Positions 26,541 through 38,560 of a DNA stretch of 64,000 nucleotides are shown piece after piece (position 1 is the stretch's first letter; the number at the start of each line of letters is the position of its first letter). The position numbers were made by a program, and so were the translations under genes. The DNA comes from Octopus sinensis (lineage: Eukaryota): contig NC_043006.1 of NCBI RefSeq assembly GCF_006345805.1, positions 50,158,001 to 50,222,000 on the forward strand, read 5' to 3'. Below the pieces are notes generated by a model. It saw nothing but the letters and a program-made list of their open reading frames with translations, had not been told where the DNA came from and searched no databases.

Positions 26541-26560
26541 ACGGATTTTATATAATATAT
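26200..26560 (-). mobile_element. Non-autonomous Helitron-like fragment (5' portion)
   Basis: Minus strand ...TATATAAAATCCGT-(TCTG)n-...CCGATTGCGCTCAAATTT..., the layout of animal non-autonomous Helitron/HINE 5' regions. Similar in organisation to 57146-57805. Confidence 0.5.
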
Positions 26561-26638
26561 AACATGTATATATATATATATACTTACACGCACACACACA
26601 TACACACACACACACAAACACACAACACACACACACAC

Positions 26639-26680
<42 letters not shown>

Positions 26681-26685
26681 TATAT

Positions 26686-26835
26686 ACGAGGGAGTGCTGA
26701 AAAGTTCCCGGCTTTAAGATTATCGTGAAAGCCTGGCTGGCGGCACAACCTTCGGAGTTCTTTTACAGGGCTAAGAAAACCTGACGAACCGCTGCAATAC
26801 GCATGAGAATCTGAAAGGGGAATATGTTGAATAAA
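26686..26835 (+). mobile_element. Mariner fragment (TIR start plus transposase C-terminal tail)
   Basis: TACGAGGGAGTGCTGAAAAGTTCC terminus, followed by a decayed reading ending GEYVE*. Confidence 0.6.
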
Positions 26836-26922
26836 ATTTTCTATGTTTGGGTTTATTAGCCGGTAATATACTTCGAAGATACTTGGAAGGAATTATTTCC
26901 TCGTAAAAAAGAAAATATTCCT

Positions 26923-26985
26923 GAAAAGCTCTACTTTGTAATCTGTCCTGTCTGTTTGCAGCCTTGTGTGGCTAATAAAGAAACG
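26923..26985 (+). mobile_element. Tx1-like LINE copy 0: diverged 3'-terminal about 60 bp
   Basis: GAAAAGCTCTACTTTGTAATCTGTCCTGTCTGTTTGCAGCCTTGTGTGGCTAATAAAGAAACG matches the other 3' ends with several mismatches. Followed by (TATC)n 26986-27094; its 5' flank is not a microsatellite. Confidence 0.8.
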
Positions 26986-27000
26986 TATCTATCTATTTAT

Positions 27001-27094
<94 letters not shown>

Positions 27095-28388
27095 GTGGCG
27101 AACACGTACATCGCGTCCGTCATCTACTACCGCCTGACCGTCGTACCTTGTCCTGACCCTACCATCACCAAACTACAACGCATTCTCTTTCGCTTCTTGT
27201 GGAAAGGATGCGTCCCGATGGTCAGGCGATCCATTTGCTGTCAACACCCGTTAAAAGGAGGGCTGGGCATGCCGTGGTTGATGATGCGCAGACACGCGCT
27301 GAGACTGCAACATCTCTGGCTCTATGTAGACGACGGTGAACAGGTGTGGTCGCCGTTTGTGAGGCACGCTTTCCCGCAGCTCGTCTCCATGACCGAACTG
27401 CAGTCGTGGATCAAAAAGAGGCCGAAGAAGGGCGAATGGCACCGCGAGTGTCGCGTTGCTCTCAAGCAACTCTGCCGTCCTGGGCCGACCTTGAGTGACT
27501 TCAACACAACCAAAGCATTCTATAGGGGTTTAGTGGAGGGGAGGTACGACGACGAGCTCGGGGCGAACCTGGACGTCGACGAGGAGTACCTGACCCGCCT
27601 GTTCAGGACGACTTTCGGGCCAGGGTTCATGGACAACTTCCAGAGATCCCTGGCCTGGCAGTGCTACCGAGAAACGCTACCCGTTCGGGATAAGCTCTAC
27701 AGACACGGCTCGAGAAACACGGGGCCGACCTGCCCGAGATGCGGACAGAGCGACGAAACCGTTCTGCACGCACTCGTGCAGTGTCCAACAATTTCCGACC
27801 TGTGGGCTTATGTCGAACAACTGCTGTCACGTGTGGGACGAGTCGGTTTATCAGCTGAGTCTATCGTCAATATTGTCACGCCTCCTTCCTTCAAACAGGA
27901 AGGAAGAGCTATTTTCCTCATCCTTGTGGCTATGGCGAAAGAATGTATCTGGTGGACGCGTCTGAAAGGATTGGAGACAAACACTTTCCTCTCTGGTCAA
28001 TCTCTCATCAACTTCTACAAGTACCACTTGAAAAGGAAAGTGAGAGTAGAGAGGCAAGTTTTGTCTAGCGAATGTTTTAAAAAAAGATGGGTGAATGTAG
28101 CAAGAATGGCACGTATGAATGACGAAGCCACCTTGAGCATGATCCTATGAACCCAGAAATTGAAAACAGAGAGTTGCTTATTCGCAAAAAAAAAAAAAAA
28201 AGAATTTTTTTTTTTCCTCTCCCCCTTTTTTTTTAACCCTCCGTTTTTTTGTCCTCTTTCTCTCCTTTTACGATCCCTTTTGATCGAAATTCCCCCTTCC
28301 TTTTTTTTTTTTTAAACCTTCAAAAGAAAAGCTCTACCTTGTAATTTGTTCTATCTGTGTGCAGCCCTGTGTGGCTAATAAAGAAACA
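27095..28388 (+). mobile_element. Tx1-like LINE copy 1, 5'-truncated in ORF2, with an approximately 135-bp 3'UTR deletion
   Basis: Near-identical to 32304-33724, and open reading to the ORF2 stop at 28150. Confidence 0.97.
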
Positions 28389-28467
<79 letters not shown>

Positions 28468-28472
28468 GTATC

Positions 28473-28503
<31 letters not shown>

Positions 28504-28547
28504 CTATTTCTCAGTTTGTTTACCTGTCTATCTATTTCTCAGTCTGT

Positions 28548-28607
<60 letters not shown>

Positions 28608-29880
28608 TCGTCCTGCATGGAACTCCAAGGAATATATCAGTTGGGGAAACAAATTTGGTACAGTCCAAGTACGTTTCCTCAACGAAAGTTTAGCAAAACG
28701 TTTTTCCACATTGGAGCTGCATTCGGACGACTTGGTAATGATACCAGTCTATTTAAACAAAAGGGTCACGAAAGTCCAAATAAAAAACATACCACTTGAA
28801 GTCGAAACACAATGGTTGGTCTCTGCCATCTGCTTTGAAATGACAGAGACAATGTCAGAGACAAACATCCTTGAAATCGCGGTTCTAGGAGAGAAAGACT
28901 ATGTGGGCAAATCAATCGAATTCCTGCTTCAATTGGATGAAGCAGCAAGAGAGAAGATACCCACCGCTATAGAACTGCCAGGAGGCTACAAACTCTATAT
29001 AGTGGTAGAGGGCAGGCGACCACGCTGCTATTTGTGTGGAAGCGAAACACACTTGAAAAAGACGTGCCCAACCACTGCACACCAAGAGCAACAACAACAA
29101 CCACTACCACAACCAAAGCACTCCGGGAAAAAAGCTCTACTACCCACACCACCATCAACACAGAAGACGACAAGAGAAGCACACCAAGCTAATCCGTCAT
29201 CAACCAAAAACCACTCAACACCTGAAAAAATACCAACACCACCAACAACAGCAAAACCCAAAGGAACAGAAAAACAAAGAAAACACACACAAACTGATCC
29301 CCCATCCCTTATACCGCACTCAACACACACAAACACTCAACAACCAACAACAACGAAAACAACAACACAACCACTTACACAGACATACATAGAAGCCCAC
29401 AACATACCCCTACCCCCTACTGATTCCTCAGAAATTTCGTCGGAAGACGAAACCAGTGAGGAATGGCAAATAGCTACAAAAAGAAGGAAAATAAAGAGCA
29501 GAAACACGAACAAAGCAGGGGGAAATACATCTCACGAAGACATTTCAAAACCCAACGCAAACAACAGCCACACCAACACCACAAAAATATATACAGCAAA
29601 CATGCTCAAAGCTATAGACACCAAAAACACAAATTTGATGGAATACATCCAATCAAAAACAAACATAACAGAAGATGACATAAAAACAAACAATCACCCA
29701 TACACACCACCACCAGACCACATCAAAATATTACACATCTCCAAAAGTCTGCACCACACACTCAAAGGCATTTTCCCCAGCGCGGTTGGTAAATGCCAAA
29801 AATATCTCACAAAGAAACTGTACTGGGATCTCCTCGAGGACAAACCAAAGGAGGGGAAAGCAAAAACTTTCGAGCAGTAA
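28608..29880 (+). CDS. LINE ORF1 (gag-like nucleic-acid-binding protein), probably N-terminally truncated
   Basis: About 424 codons with no stop. Contains an RRM-like segment ([12 protein letters not shown]), a CX2CX4HX4C knuckle ([14 protein letters not shown]) and a T/P/Q/K-rich tail. Confidence 0.85.
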
Positions 29881-29924
29881 GTAACCCTCTGTTCCTTTCA
29901 CTTGTATTCTAATTCATTAGGACT

Positions 29925-32900
29925 ATGATCAAGATTGGTTGTGTAAATGCGCGTGGCTTGGGGTCCCCTTGGAAACAAGGGTACCTCTTAAATGACATAA
30001 AGTCACATAAGTTAGAAATCATAGCCATAAGTGAGACCAGACTCCACAATCCGCGGGCCCTAAAGACCATGTTTGGCGGACAGTTCAACATTTTTTTCCC
30101 CCTGTCTGCCGAGAATGGGCGGTAGTGGCACCGCGGTACTTTTTCACAAGAGTCTGGATCTCAAAGTAAGGACAATATTCGTAGACCCGGAGGGTAGACT
30201 GGTCGTCCTGGATGTCGACGGCAGCAATGGGTGCGCTTTTCGACTCGTATCAGTCTACGCACCGCCCTTAACAGGTCGGGCGGATTTCTTTCAACGTCTA
30301 GAAGTATTCTTGGGAACGTCTCGTCCTTTACTCTTAGTGGGGGATTGGAATGCTACCTTGGACACGCATGTAGACTACGTGGGTAGAGATAGGAATAGAC
30401 GGGGATGGAAATGCCTCAGAGACCCGCTCAGACGCTTTCAACTGTCTGACAGGTTCCGACTAGACCACCCGAATGCGCCAACGTGGACATGGAGCAACCG
30501 CATCGGGTCGTCGAGATCGTATCTAGATAGGATACTGTGTAGGACAGTAGACAGAGATAGCATAGGATGTCCACAATTCCACATAGTCAGCTACACGGAT
30601 CACAAACTTGTGACATGTACGCTAGACTTAGGTAAGACACTTAGGCAGGGTCCCGGATACTGGAAACTAAACGCGTCTTTCCCATCGAGACAGGTTTTCA
30701 GAGACCGGATTAGCACACTAGTAAAGAGGGCTTTGACGGGAGCCATCATCAACAACAAATGGTGGTTTGCCCTCAAGAGAGCAGTAAAAGCAGAAGCGAT
30801 TAGGTACAGCAAAGCACTAGCCATAGATAGAAATAGAGTAGAGGGTGAGCTAGTTAAGAAGCTAGAAGAGGCAATTAGAAGCGGCATCGCATCCGACGTT
30901 TTGGCGGCGAGGTTGGCCCTCGACCAACACTTCAACGCCAAACACGAAGGATGTGCTGTCAGAGCTAGGATGCGTGCTCTAAGGAACAAGGTGTTGGAGC
31001 CGCGAGAGAGGCCCGGGTGGCAGAGGCGCAACAGGGCAACAAAGCCACCATTCGGTCCCTGGTAGATGAACAGGGGCGCGAATTGCTCGAGCCAAGTAAA
31101 ATGTGTGAGGCCTTTCAGCAGCATTTTGCCCGACTGTTCGGAACGAGTGGAGGGCAAGAACGTAGGGTGGACTTCAGTGCCTACCTACATAGCCTACCAC
31201 GACTCTCGACAAGAAAGGCAGGGTGCTGCGAAGGTGCCATCACGGCGGCGGAAGTGCAGGAAGCGATGGCAGAATGCTCGAGGGACAAATCACCGGGTTG
31301 GATGGTCTACCCTACGAGCTTTACAATTGTATGCCAGACTTGTTTGGAGATCTCTTGGCGGCGGTGTACTGCAACTGGCAGCAAAACGGGAGCATTCCTG
31401 GTTTTGTGAGCCGAGGAGCCGTAACACTGCTGAAGAAAGATCTAAACAAGGGAAATGTAATAGATAACTTTAGGCCCATCACTCTGCTTAATGCAGACTT
31501 GAAAATTTTGGCCAAGGTGCTAGCCAAGAGGTTGGCGCTTGTCATCGAGAAACTGGTCGACAGAGCGCAAACATGCGCCGTGCCAGGCCGGACCATCCAT
31601 GACAACCTCCACCTGATGCGCTACATCATAGACAGGGTAGTTAACGAACCTGGCATGGGTGGGGCGCTGATCAATTTGGATCAATCGAAAGCTTTCGATA
31701 GGGTGGACCATCGATACTTGGAGGCGGTCCTCGGAGCGGCTGGCTTCGGTCCCGTCTTCCGCGGGTGGATAGCCGCTTTGTACAGAGGCATCCGTTCGGT
31801 AATTCGCGTGAATGGACATCTATCGAGACCCTTCGACATCGCACGTTCGGTCCGTCAGGGATGCCCCCTCTCGTCGCTTCTATACGTATTGACTCTCGAG
31901 CCATTATTGCGGAAGCTGGCAACCTTGAGAGGCATCCCGCGAGAACTGGGATGCGGGACGAACGTGTCTGCATACGCGGACGACGTCACCGTCATAGTGT
32001 CTAGCCACGAGCACATCGAGCAGGTCGGCGAGACACTGAAAAACTACGAAGCGGTGACAGGAGCGAAAATCAACCGGGAAAAGTCAGTGGGCTTGCGACT
32101 AGGCACCTGGAGAAGCAAGCCCATGCCGTCCACCAGCGCCTCCGTCGTGGGACGCTGGACCGACGGCCCGGTTGAGTTGCTCGGGGTCTGGTTTGGTCCG
32201 GACCTCCAAGTGGAGAAGAACTGGAACGAGATAACGAGTAGGGTGGTCACTCTCGCCCGGCAATGGGCCGAGAGGAAACTGTCCCTAAAAGGTCGGGCGG
32301 AGGTGGCGAACACGTACATCGCGTCCGTCATCTACTACCGCCTGACCGTCGTACCTTGTCCCGACCCTACCATCACCAAACTACAACGCATTCTCTTTCG
32401 CTTCTTGTGGAAAGGATGCGTCCCGATGGTCAGGCGATCCATTTGCTGTCAACACCCGTTAAAAGGAGGGCTGGGCATGGCGTGGTTGATGATGCGCAGA
32501 CATGCGCTGAGACTGCGACATCTCTGGCTCTATGTAGACGACGGTGAACAGGTGTGGTCGCCGTTTGTGAGGCACGCTTTCCCGCAGCTCGTCTCCATGA
32601 CCGAACTGCAGTCGTGGATCAAAAAGAGGCCGAAGAAGGGCGAATGGCACCGCGAGTGTCACGTTGCTCTCAAGCAACTCTGCCGTCCTGGGTCGACCTT
32701 GAGTGACTTCAACACAACCAAAGCATTCTATAGGGGTTTAGTGGAGGGGAGGTACGACGACGAGCTCGGGGCGAACCTGGACGTCGACGAGGAGTACCTG
32801 ACCCGCCTGTTCAGGACGACTTTCGGGCCAGGGCCCATGGACAACTTCCAGAGATCCCTGGCCTGGCAGTGCTACCGAGAAGCGCTACCCGTTCGGGATA

Positions 32901-33358
32901 AGCTCTACAGACACGGCTCGAGAAACACGGGGCCGACCTGCCCGAGATGCGGTCAGAGCGACGAAACCGTTCTGCACGCACTCGTGCAGTGTCCAACAAT
33001 TTCCGACCTGTGGGCTTATGTCGAACAACTGCTATCACGTGTGGGACGAGTCGGTTTATCAGCTGAGTCTATCGTCAATATTGTCACGCCTCCCTCCTTC
33101 AAACGGGAAGGAAGAGCTATTTTCATCATCCTTGTGGCTATGGCGAAAGAATGTATCTGGTGGACGCGTCTGAAAGGATTGGAGACAAACACTTTCCTCT
33201 CTGGTCAATCTCTCATCAACTTCTTCAAGTACCACTTGAAAAAGAAAGTGAGAGTAGAGAGGCAAGTTTTGTCTAGCGAATGTTTTAAAAAAAGATGGGT
33301 GAATGTAGCAAGAATGGCACGTATGAATGACGAAGCCACTTTGAGCATGATCCTATGA
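29925..33358 (+). pseudogene. LINE ORF2 (APE endonuclease, reverse transcriptase, zinc finger), about 1144 aa if three 1-bp indels are corrected
   Basis: GCVNARGL, AISETR, SVYAP, VGDWNA, YLDRIL, TDHKLV, SPGLDGLP, NFRPITLLN, LDQSKAFDRV, VRQGCPLS, AYADD and CPRCGQSDETVLHALVQC. Frame changes at about 30095 (+1), 30988 (-1) and 31297 (-1). Confidence 0.95.
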
Positions 33359-33724
33359 ACCCAGAAATTGAAAACAGAGAGTTGCTTATTCGCAAAAAAA
33401 AAAAAAAGAAATATAACATGTGACTCCATTGACCGAGGTTACCGTGGTCTTTTCCGTAGGCTTTTCTTTCCACGGGTAAACCTCACCTGTCCTCCCCTTT
33501 ACACTTCATATTGACATTTCTGTGATAACGATCCCTATTGATCAATTTTTTTTCCTTTCCCCCTTTTTTTTTAACCCCCTTTTTTTTGTCCTCTTTCTCT
33601 CCTTTTACGATCCCTTTTGATCGAAACTCCCCCTTCCTTTTTTTTTTTTAAACCTTCAAAAGAAAAGCTCTACCTTGTAATTTGTTCTAACTGTGTGCAG
33701 CCCTGTGTGGCTAATAAAGAAACA

Positions 33725-33814
<90 letters not shown>

Positions 33815-35049
33815 ACTGCGACATCTCTGGCTCTATGTAGACGACGGTGAACAGGTGTGGTCGCCGTTTGTGAGGCACGCTTTCCCGCAGCTCGTCTCCA
33901 TGACCGAACTGCAGTCGTGGATCAAAAAGAGGCCGAGGAAGGGCGAATGGCACCGCGAGTGTCGCGTTGCTCTCAAGCAACTCTGCCGTCCTGGGTCGAC
34001 CTTAAGTGACTTCAACACAACCAAAGCATTCTATTGGGGTTTAGTGGAGGGGAGGTACGACGACGCTCGGGCGAACCTGGACGTCGACGAGGAGTACCTG
34101 ACCCGCCTGTTCGGGACGACTTTCGGGCCAGGGCCCATGGACAACTTCCAGAGATCCCTGGCCTGGCAGTGCTACCGAGAAGCGCTACCCGTTCGGGATA
34201 AGCTCTACAGACACGGCTCGAGAAACACGGGGCCGACCTGCCCGAGATGCGGTCAGAGAGCGACGAAACCGTTCTGCACGCACTCGTTCAGTGTCCAACA
34301 ATTTCCGACCTGTGGGCTTATGTCGAACAACTGCTGTCACGTGTGGGACGAGTCGGTTTATCAGCTGAGTCTATCGTCAATATTGTCACGCCTCCTTCCT
34401 TCAAACGGGAAGGAAGAGCTATTTTCATCATCCTTGTGGCTATGGCGAAAGAATGTATCTGGTGGACGCGTCTGAAAGGATTGGAGACAAACACTTTCCT
34501 CTCTGGTCAATCTCTCATCAACTTCTTCAAGTACCACTTGAAAAGGAAAGTGAGAGTAGAGAGGCAAGTTTTGTCTAGCGAATGTTTTAAAAAAAGATGG
34601 GTGAATGTAGCAAGAATGGCACGTATGAATGACGAAGCCACCTTGAGCATAGTCCTATGAACCCAGAAATCGAAAACAGAGAGTTGCTTATTTGCAAAAA
34701 AAAAAAAAAAAAAAAAAAAGAAATATAAAATGTGACTTCATTGACCGAGGTTACCGTGGTCTTTTCCGTAGGCTTTTCTTTCCACGGGTAAACCTCACCT
34801 GTCCTCCCCTTTACACTTCATATTGACATTTCTGTGATAACGATCCCTATTGATCAATTTTTTTTTCCTCTCCCCCCTTTTTTTTTAACCCCCCCCTTTT
34901 TTTTGTCCTCTTTCTCTCCTTTTACGATCCCTTTTGATCGAAACTCCCCCTTCCTTTTTTTTTTTTTTTTTTTTAAACCTTCAAAAGAAAAGCTCTACCT
35001 TGTAATTTGTTCTATCTGTGTGCAGCCCTGTGTGGCTAATAAAGAAACA
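33815..35049 (+). mobile_element. Tx1-like LINE copy 3, 5'-truncated
   Basis: Near-identical to 32512-33724 with private substitutions and small indels; followed by an interrupted (TATC)n at 35050-35509. Confidence 0.97.
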
Positions 35050-35080
<31 letters not shown>

Positions 35081-35120
35081 TTCTCAGTCTGTTTACCTGT
35101 CTATCTATTTCTCAGTCTGT

Positions 35121-35208
<88 letters not shown>

Positions 35209-35321
35209 TTCTCAGTCTGTTTACCTGTCTATCTATTCTCAGTCTGTTTATCTATATCTATCTATCTATCTACTATCTATCTATCTATATATCTATCTAT
35301 CTATCTATCTATCTCTATCTA

Positions 35322-35384
<63 letters not shown>

Positions 35385-35431
35385 TCTCAGTCTGTTTACC
35401 TGTCTATCTATTCTCAGTCTGTTTATCTATA

Positions 35432-35509
<78 letters not shown>

Positions 35510-35838
35510 GTGACTTCATTGACCGAGGTTACCGTGGTCTTTTCCGCAGGCTTTTCTTTCCACGGGTAAACCTCACCTGTCCTCCCCTTTACACTTCATA
35601 TTGACATTTCTGTGATAACGATCCCTATTGATCATTTTTTTTCCTCTCCCCCCCACTTTTTTTTTTTTTTTTTTTTAACCCCCCTTATTTTTGTTCTCTT
35701 TCTCTCCTTTTACGATCCCTTTTGATCGAACTCCCCCTTCCTTTTTTTTTTTTTTTTTTTTTTAATACCTTCAAAAGAAAAGCTCTACCTTGTAATTGTT
35801 CTATCTGTGTGCAGCCCTGTGTGGCTAATAAAGAAACA
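35510..35838 (+). mobile_element. Tx1-like LINE copy 4, 3'UTR only
   Basis: Starts GTGACTTCATTGACCGAGG and ends AATAAAGAAACA; followed by (TATC)n 35839-36053. Confidence 0.95.
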
Positions 35839-35897
<59 letters not shown>

Positions 35898-35969
35898 ATC
35901 TATCTATCATCTATCTATCTATCTATCTATTTCTCAGTCTGTTTACCTGTCTATCTATTTCTCAGTCGT

Positions 35970-36001
<32 letters not shown>

Positions 36002-36053
36002 TCTATCTATCATCTATCTATCTATCATCTATCTATTATCTATCTATCTATCT

Positions 36054-36409
36054 AAAAAAAAAAAAAGAAATATAAAATGTGACTTCATTGACCGAGGTTA
36101 CCGTGGTCTTTTCCGCAGGCTTTTCTTTCCACGGGTAAACCTCACCTGTCCTCCCCTTTACACTTCATATTGACATTTCTGTGATAACGATCCCTATTGA
36201 TCATTTTTTTTTTTCTCTCCCCCCCACTTTTTTTTTTTTTTTTTTTAACCCCCCTTATTTTTGTTCTCTTTCTCTCCTTTTACGATCCCTTTTGATCGAA
36301 CCTCCCCCTTCCTTTTTTTTTTTTTTTTTTTTTTAATACCTTCAAAAGAAAAGCTCTACCTTGTAATTGTTCTATCTGTGTGCAGCCCTGTGTGGCTAAT
36401 AAAGAAACA
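36054..36409 (+). mobile_element. Tx1-like LINE copy 5, 3'UTR only
   Basis: Starts in the internal A-run and shares diagnostic variants with copy 4; followed by (TATC)n 36410-36477. Confidence 0.95.
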
Positions 36410-36477
<68 letters not shown>

Positions 36478-37368
36478 CATTTATCTGTCTGTGTGCTCTT
36501 GTGAGTATATGTGTATAAATACAACCGCGTGCATATTAATCACACCATTCTATTCATTTCAATACTTCATTTAATTTTTACTAAGGTTTCTCGGCCTTGT
36601 TTGCTGCAAGTTATCTTTTCTGTAAAGCAAATCATAAAAGAAAACAGAGCAATCTAACATTCATACACACTCTGTCTCTATCTGTCTGTCCTGACTTTCT
36701 CATTTCCTGCTTATTTTCATGATTTTTCTAATTCATAGCGGAAAGTAAAATCCTATACTTGAAGGAATATACGAAATCTTATTGTTGTAAAACAAATTTG
36801 TAATGATAATTTGGTGCGCAGATAGGTTAAAAGTCATTCACAAGTGGGTACAATTATGCATTAAAGCAAGTACGCTTACACGCAAATACACTCCCACATG
36901 TACACACACACATACATGCACACATATTCGCTTTGAATATACACACAGATCTACATAGCTAATTCAAAGTTCATGTGGGTGTATATATATATATATATAT
37001 ATCTTAAATTTGTTTAAGGGAAACACTTTCAATATGCAAATAAAGCTCCTATTCCATTATGCCTGCCACAGTCTAATGATGCTGACTGGTGAACCAGTTG
37101 TTTTGATAAATATAATAATATCAATAATCCTTGGATGGAATTTATAAACATTTAATGCATCGCTACACGCGTTTCCACAAATCACATGTCTCTTATGACC
37201 GTAGTCCGTATTTCTGGGATGATTATAGTGCAGACCGTTGTATCGGGTCGATCATCTTCATGGATTCATTTCTTCAGGCGATATAGCATTAATGAATGTA
37301 CAACAGAGGGATACTTATCCCTTTTTACCAGCGTGTTTGTATATCTGTGTCTGTGTGAGTAACATATG

Positions 37369-37400
<32 letters not shown>

Positions 37401-37499
37401 TGTATGTATGTATGTATTTATGTGTGTATGTATGTATGTATGTATGTATCTATGTGTGTGTGTGTGCGTATGTGTATAATATAATTCTCATCACTCTTA

Positions 37500-37640
37500 G
37501 CAGTTCTAATTACGCCGAGGTTGAATTTGCCTGCTGGGGTCGATGAAATAATTACCTGTTGAGTACGGGGGTCAAGGTAATCAACTACCCCCTACACTCA
37601 AAATTTCAGGCCTTGTGTCTATAGTAGAAAGAATTATAAT
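37500..37640 (+). mobile_element. SINE family B, 3' half
   Basis: GCCGAGGTTGA...GGGGTCGAT...TACC...AAAATTTCAGGCCTTGTG matches the family. Confidence 0.65.
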
Positions 37641-37879
37641 TGTTATTGTTTGTTGCATCCAACGACAGTCTGCTGCTACTTTTGCCCGGGAAGGTAGTGT
37701 TGCAAAGAACTTATCAGTAAAGAAAGCAAAGATAAAAACCGGCAATGGTAGCTAATATACAATTGGCACTGAATGGCCGTGTGAGAAGCAAAGTACTGGG
37801 TTTGTATAATCTGCTCCCCACAAGTTCTATACATACATTTTACACCTGCTCACTTCCGTCTTGGTAGTCGTATATCGAA

Positions 37880-38560
37880 ACTAGCAGCCGAGTTCTTAGG
37901 TGTTGATGGAATTGCTGAACAAAGATGCAAACAGCGGAAGACTTACCGAATTTAACGAGAAAATTGATAATTGCAGACCCATAATACTTCTGAATGCAAA
38001 GATAAAGATTTTGATTAAGAATTTGGTACTGACTGATCACAGTGCCAAATTCTTAATTCTTGTGTAGCTGACACAGCTACACAAACCTGTGCACTTCCTA
38101 GCAGATGTCGCCAGAACAGAACATTCCTCATGCAATCCACCATAGAGAGAGTGCGTAACAAATCTGCCTTCATTGGAAGATCTGAACAATTTAGATAAAA
38201 CAAAAGCAAGTGCAACCAGTTTCTGTCCCGAGTAAATGCTACGGCATACAAAAGGCCGTTCACCTGTCAAAGGTCTGCCTTTTGGATCTTCAGTCGCTGC
38301 TGGGAAAGTTAGATGTGTTGATGGACATTCTTCTGAGGCACAAATTAACCGCATATAGACAACTTTAGCCCCATGCTGCCAGATATCTCGAAATTAGTGG
38401 TGGTGGAATCATATTGAAGGGATATCAGGAGTAACAGGAAGCACGCATTAGCAATGCATTTGCAACTTGCCACAAGAGGAGTTTAGTATAAGCTGACCAG
38501 CGTGTTGCCGGACCGAAGACCTGATTAAGTTGTTTTGAATCTGGTTCGAACTTTTTTGTG
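37880..38560 (+). pseudogene. Old Tx1-like RT relic
   Basis: NCRPIILLNAKIKILIK (~37971-38020; cf. NFRPITLLNADLKILAK), NLDKTKA (cf. NLDQSKA), AQINR (cf. AKINR) and LIKLF*IWF (cf. VELLGVWF). Confidence 0.7.

Larger units (their letters stand above)
28608..33724 (+). mobile_element. Tx1-like (L1 group) LINE copy 2, near full length
   Basis: ORF1 with CCHC knuckle, ORF2 with APE, RT and C-terminal zinc finger, and a 3'UTR ending AATAAAGAAACA. (TATC)n on both sides (28389-28607 and 33725-33814). Confidence 0.97.

Noticed and set aside
26923-36477. Repeat-spacer appearance suggesting a CRISPR-like array
   Set aside because: Units are LINE fragments of very different lengths separated by microsatellite, in eukaryotic DNA with no cas genes.
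37225-37285. Minus-strand TGAAGA-T-GATCG-acc-CGAT segment resembling a hammerhead
   Set aside because: C3 and the GAAA core are both broken and there is only one copy in the window.
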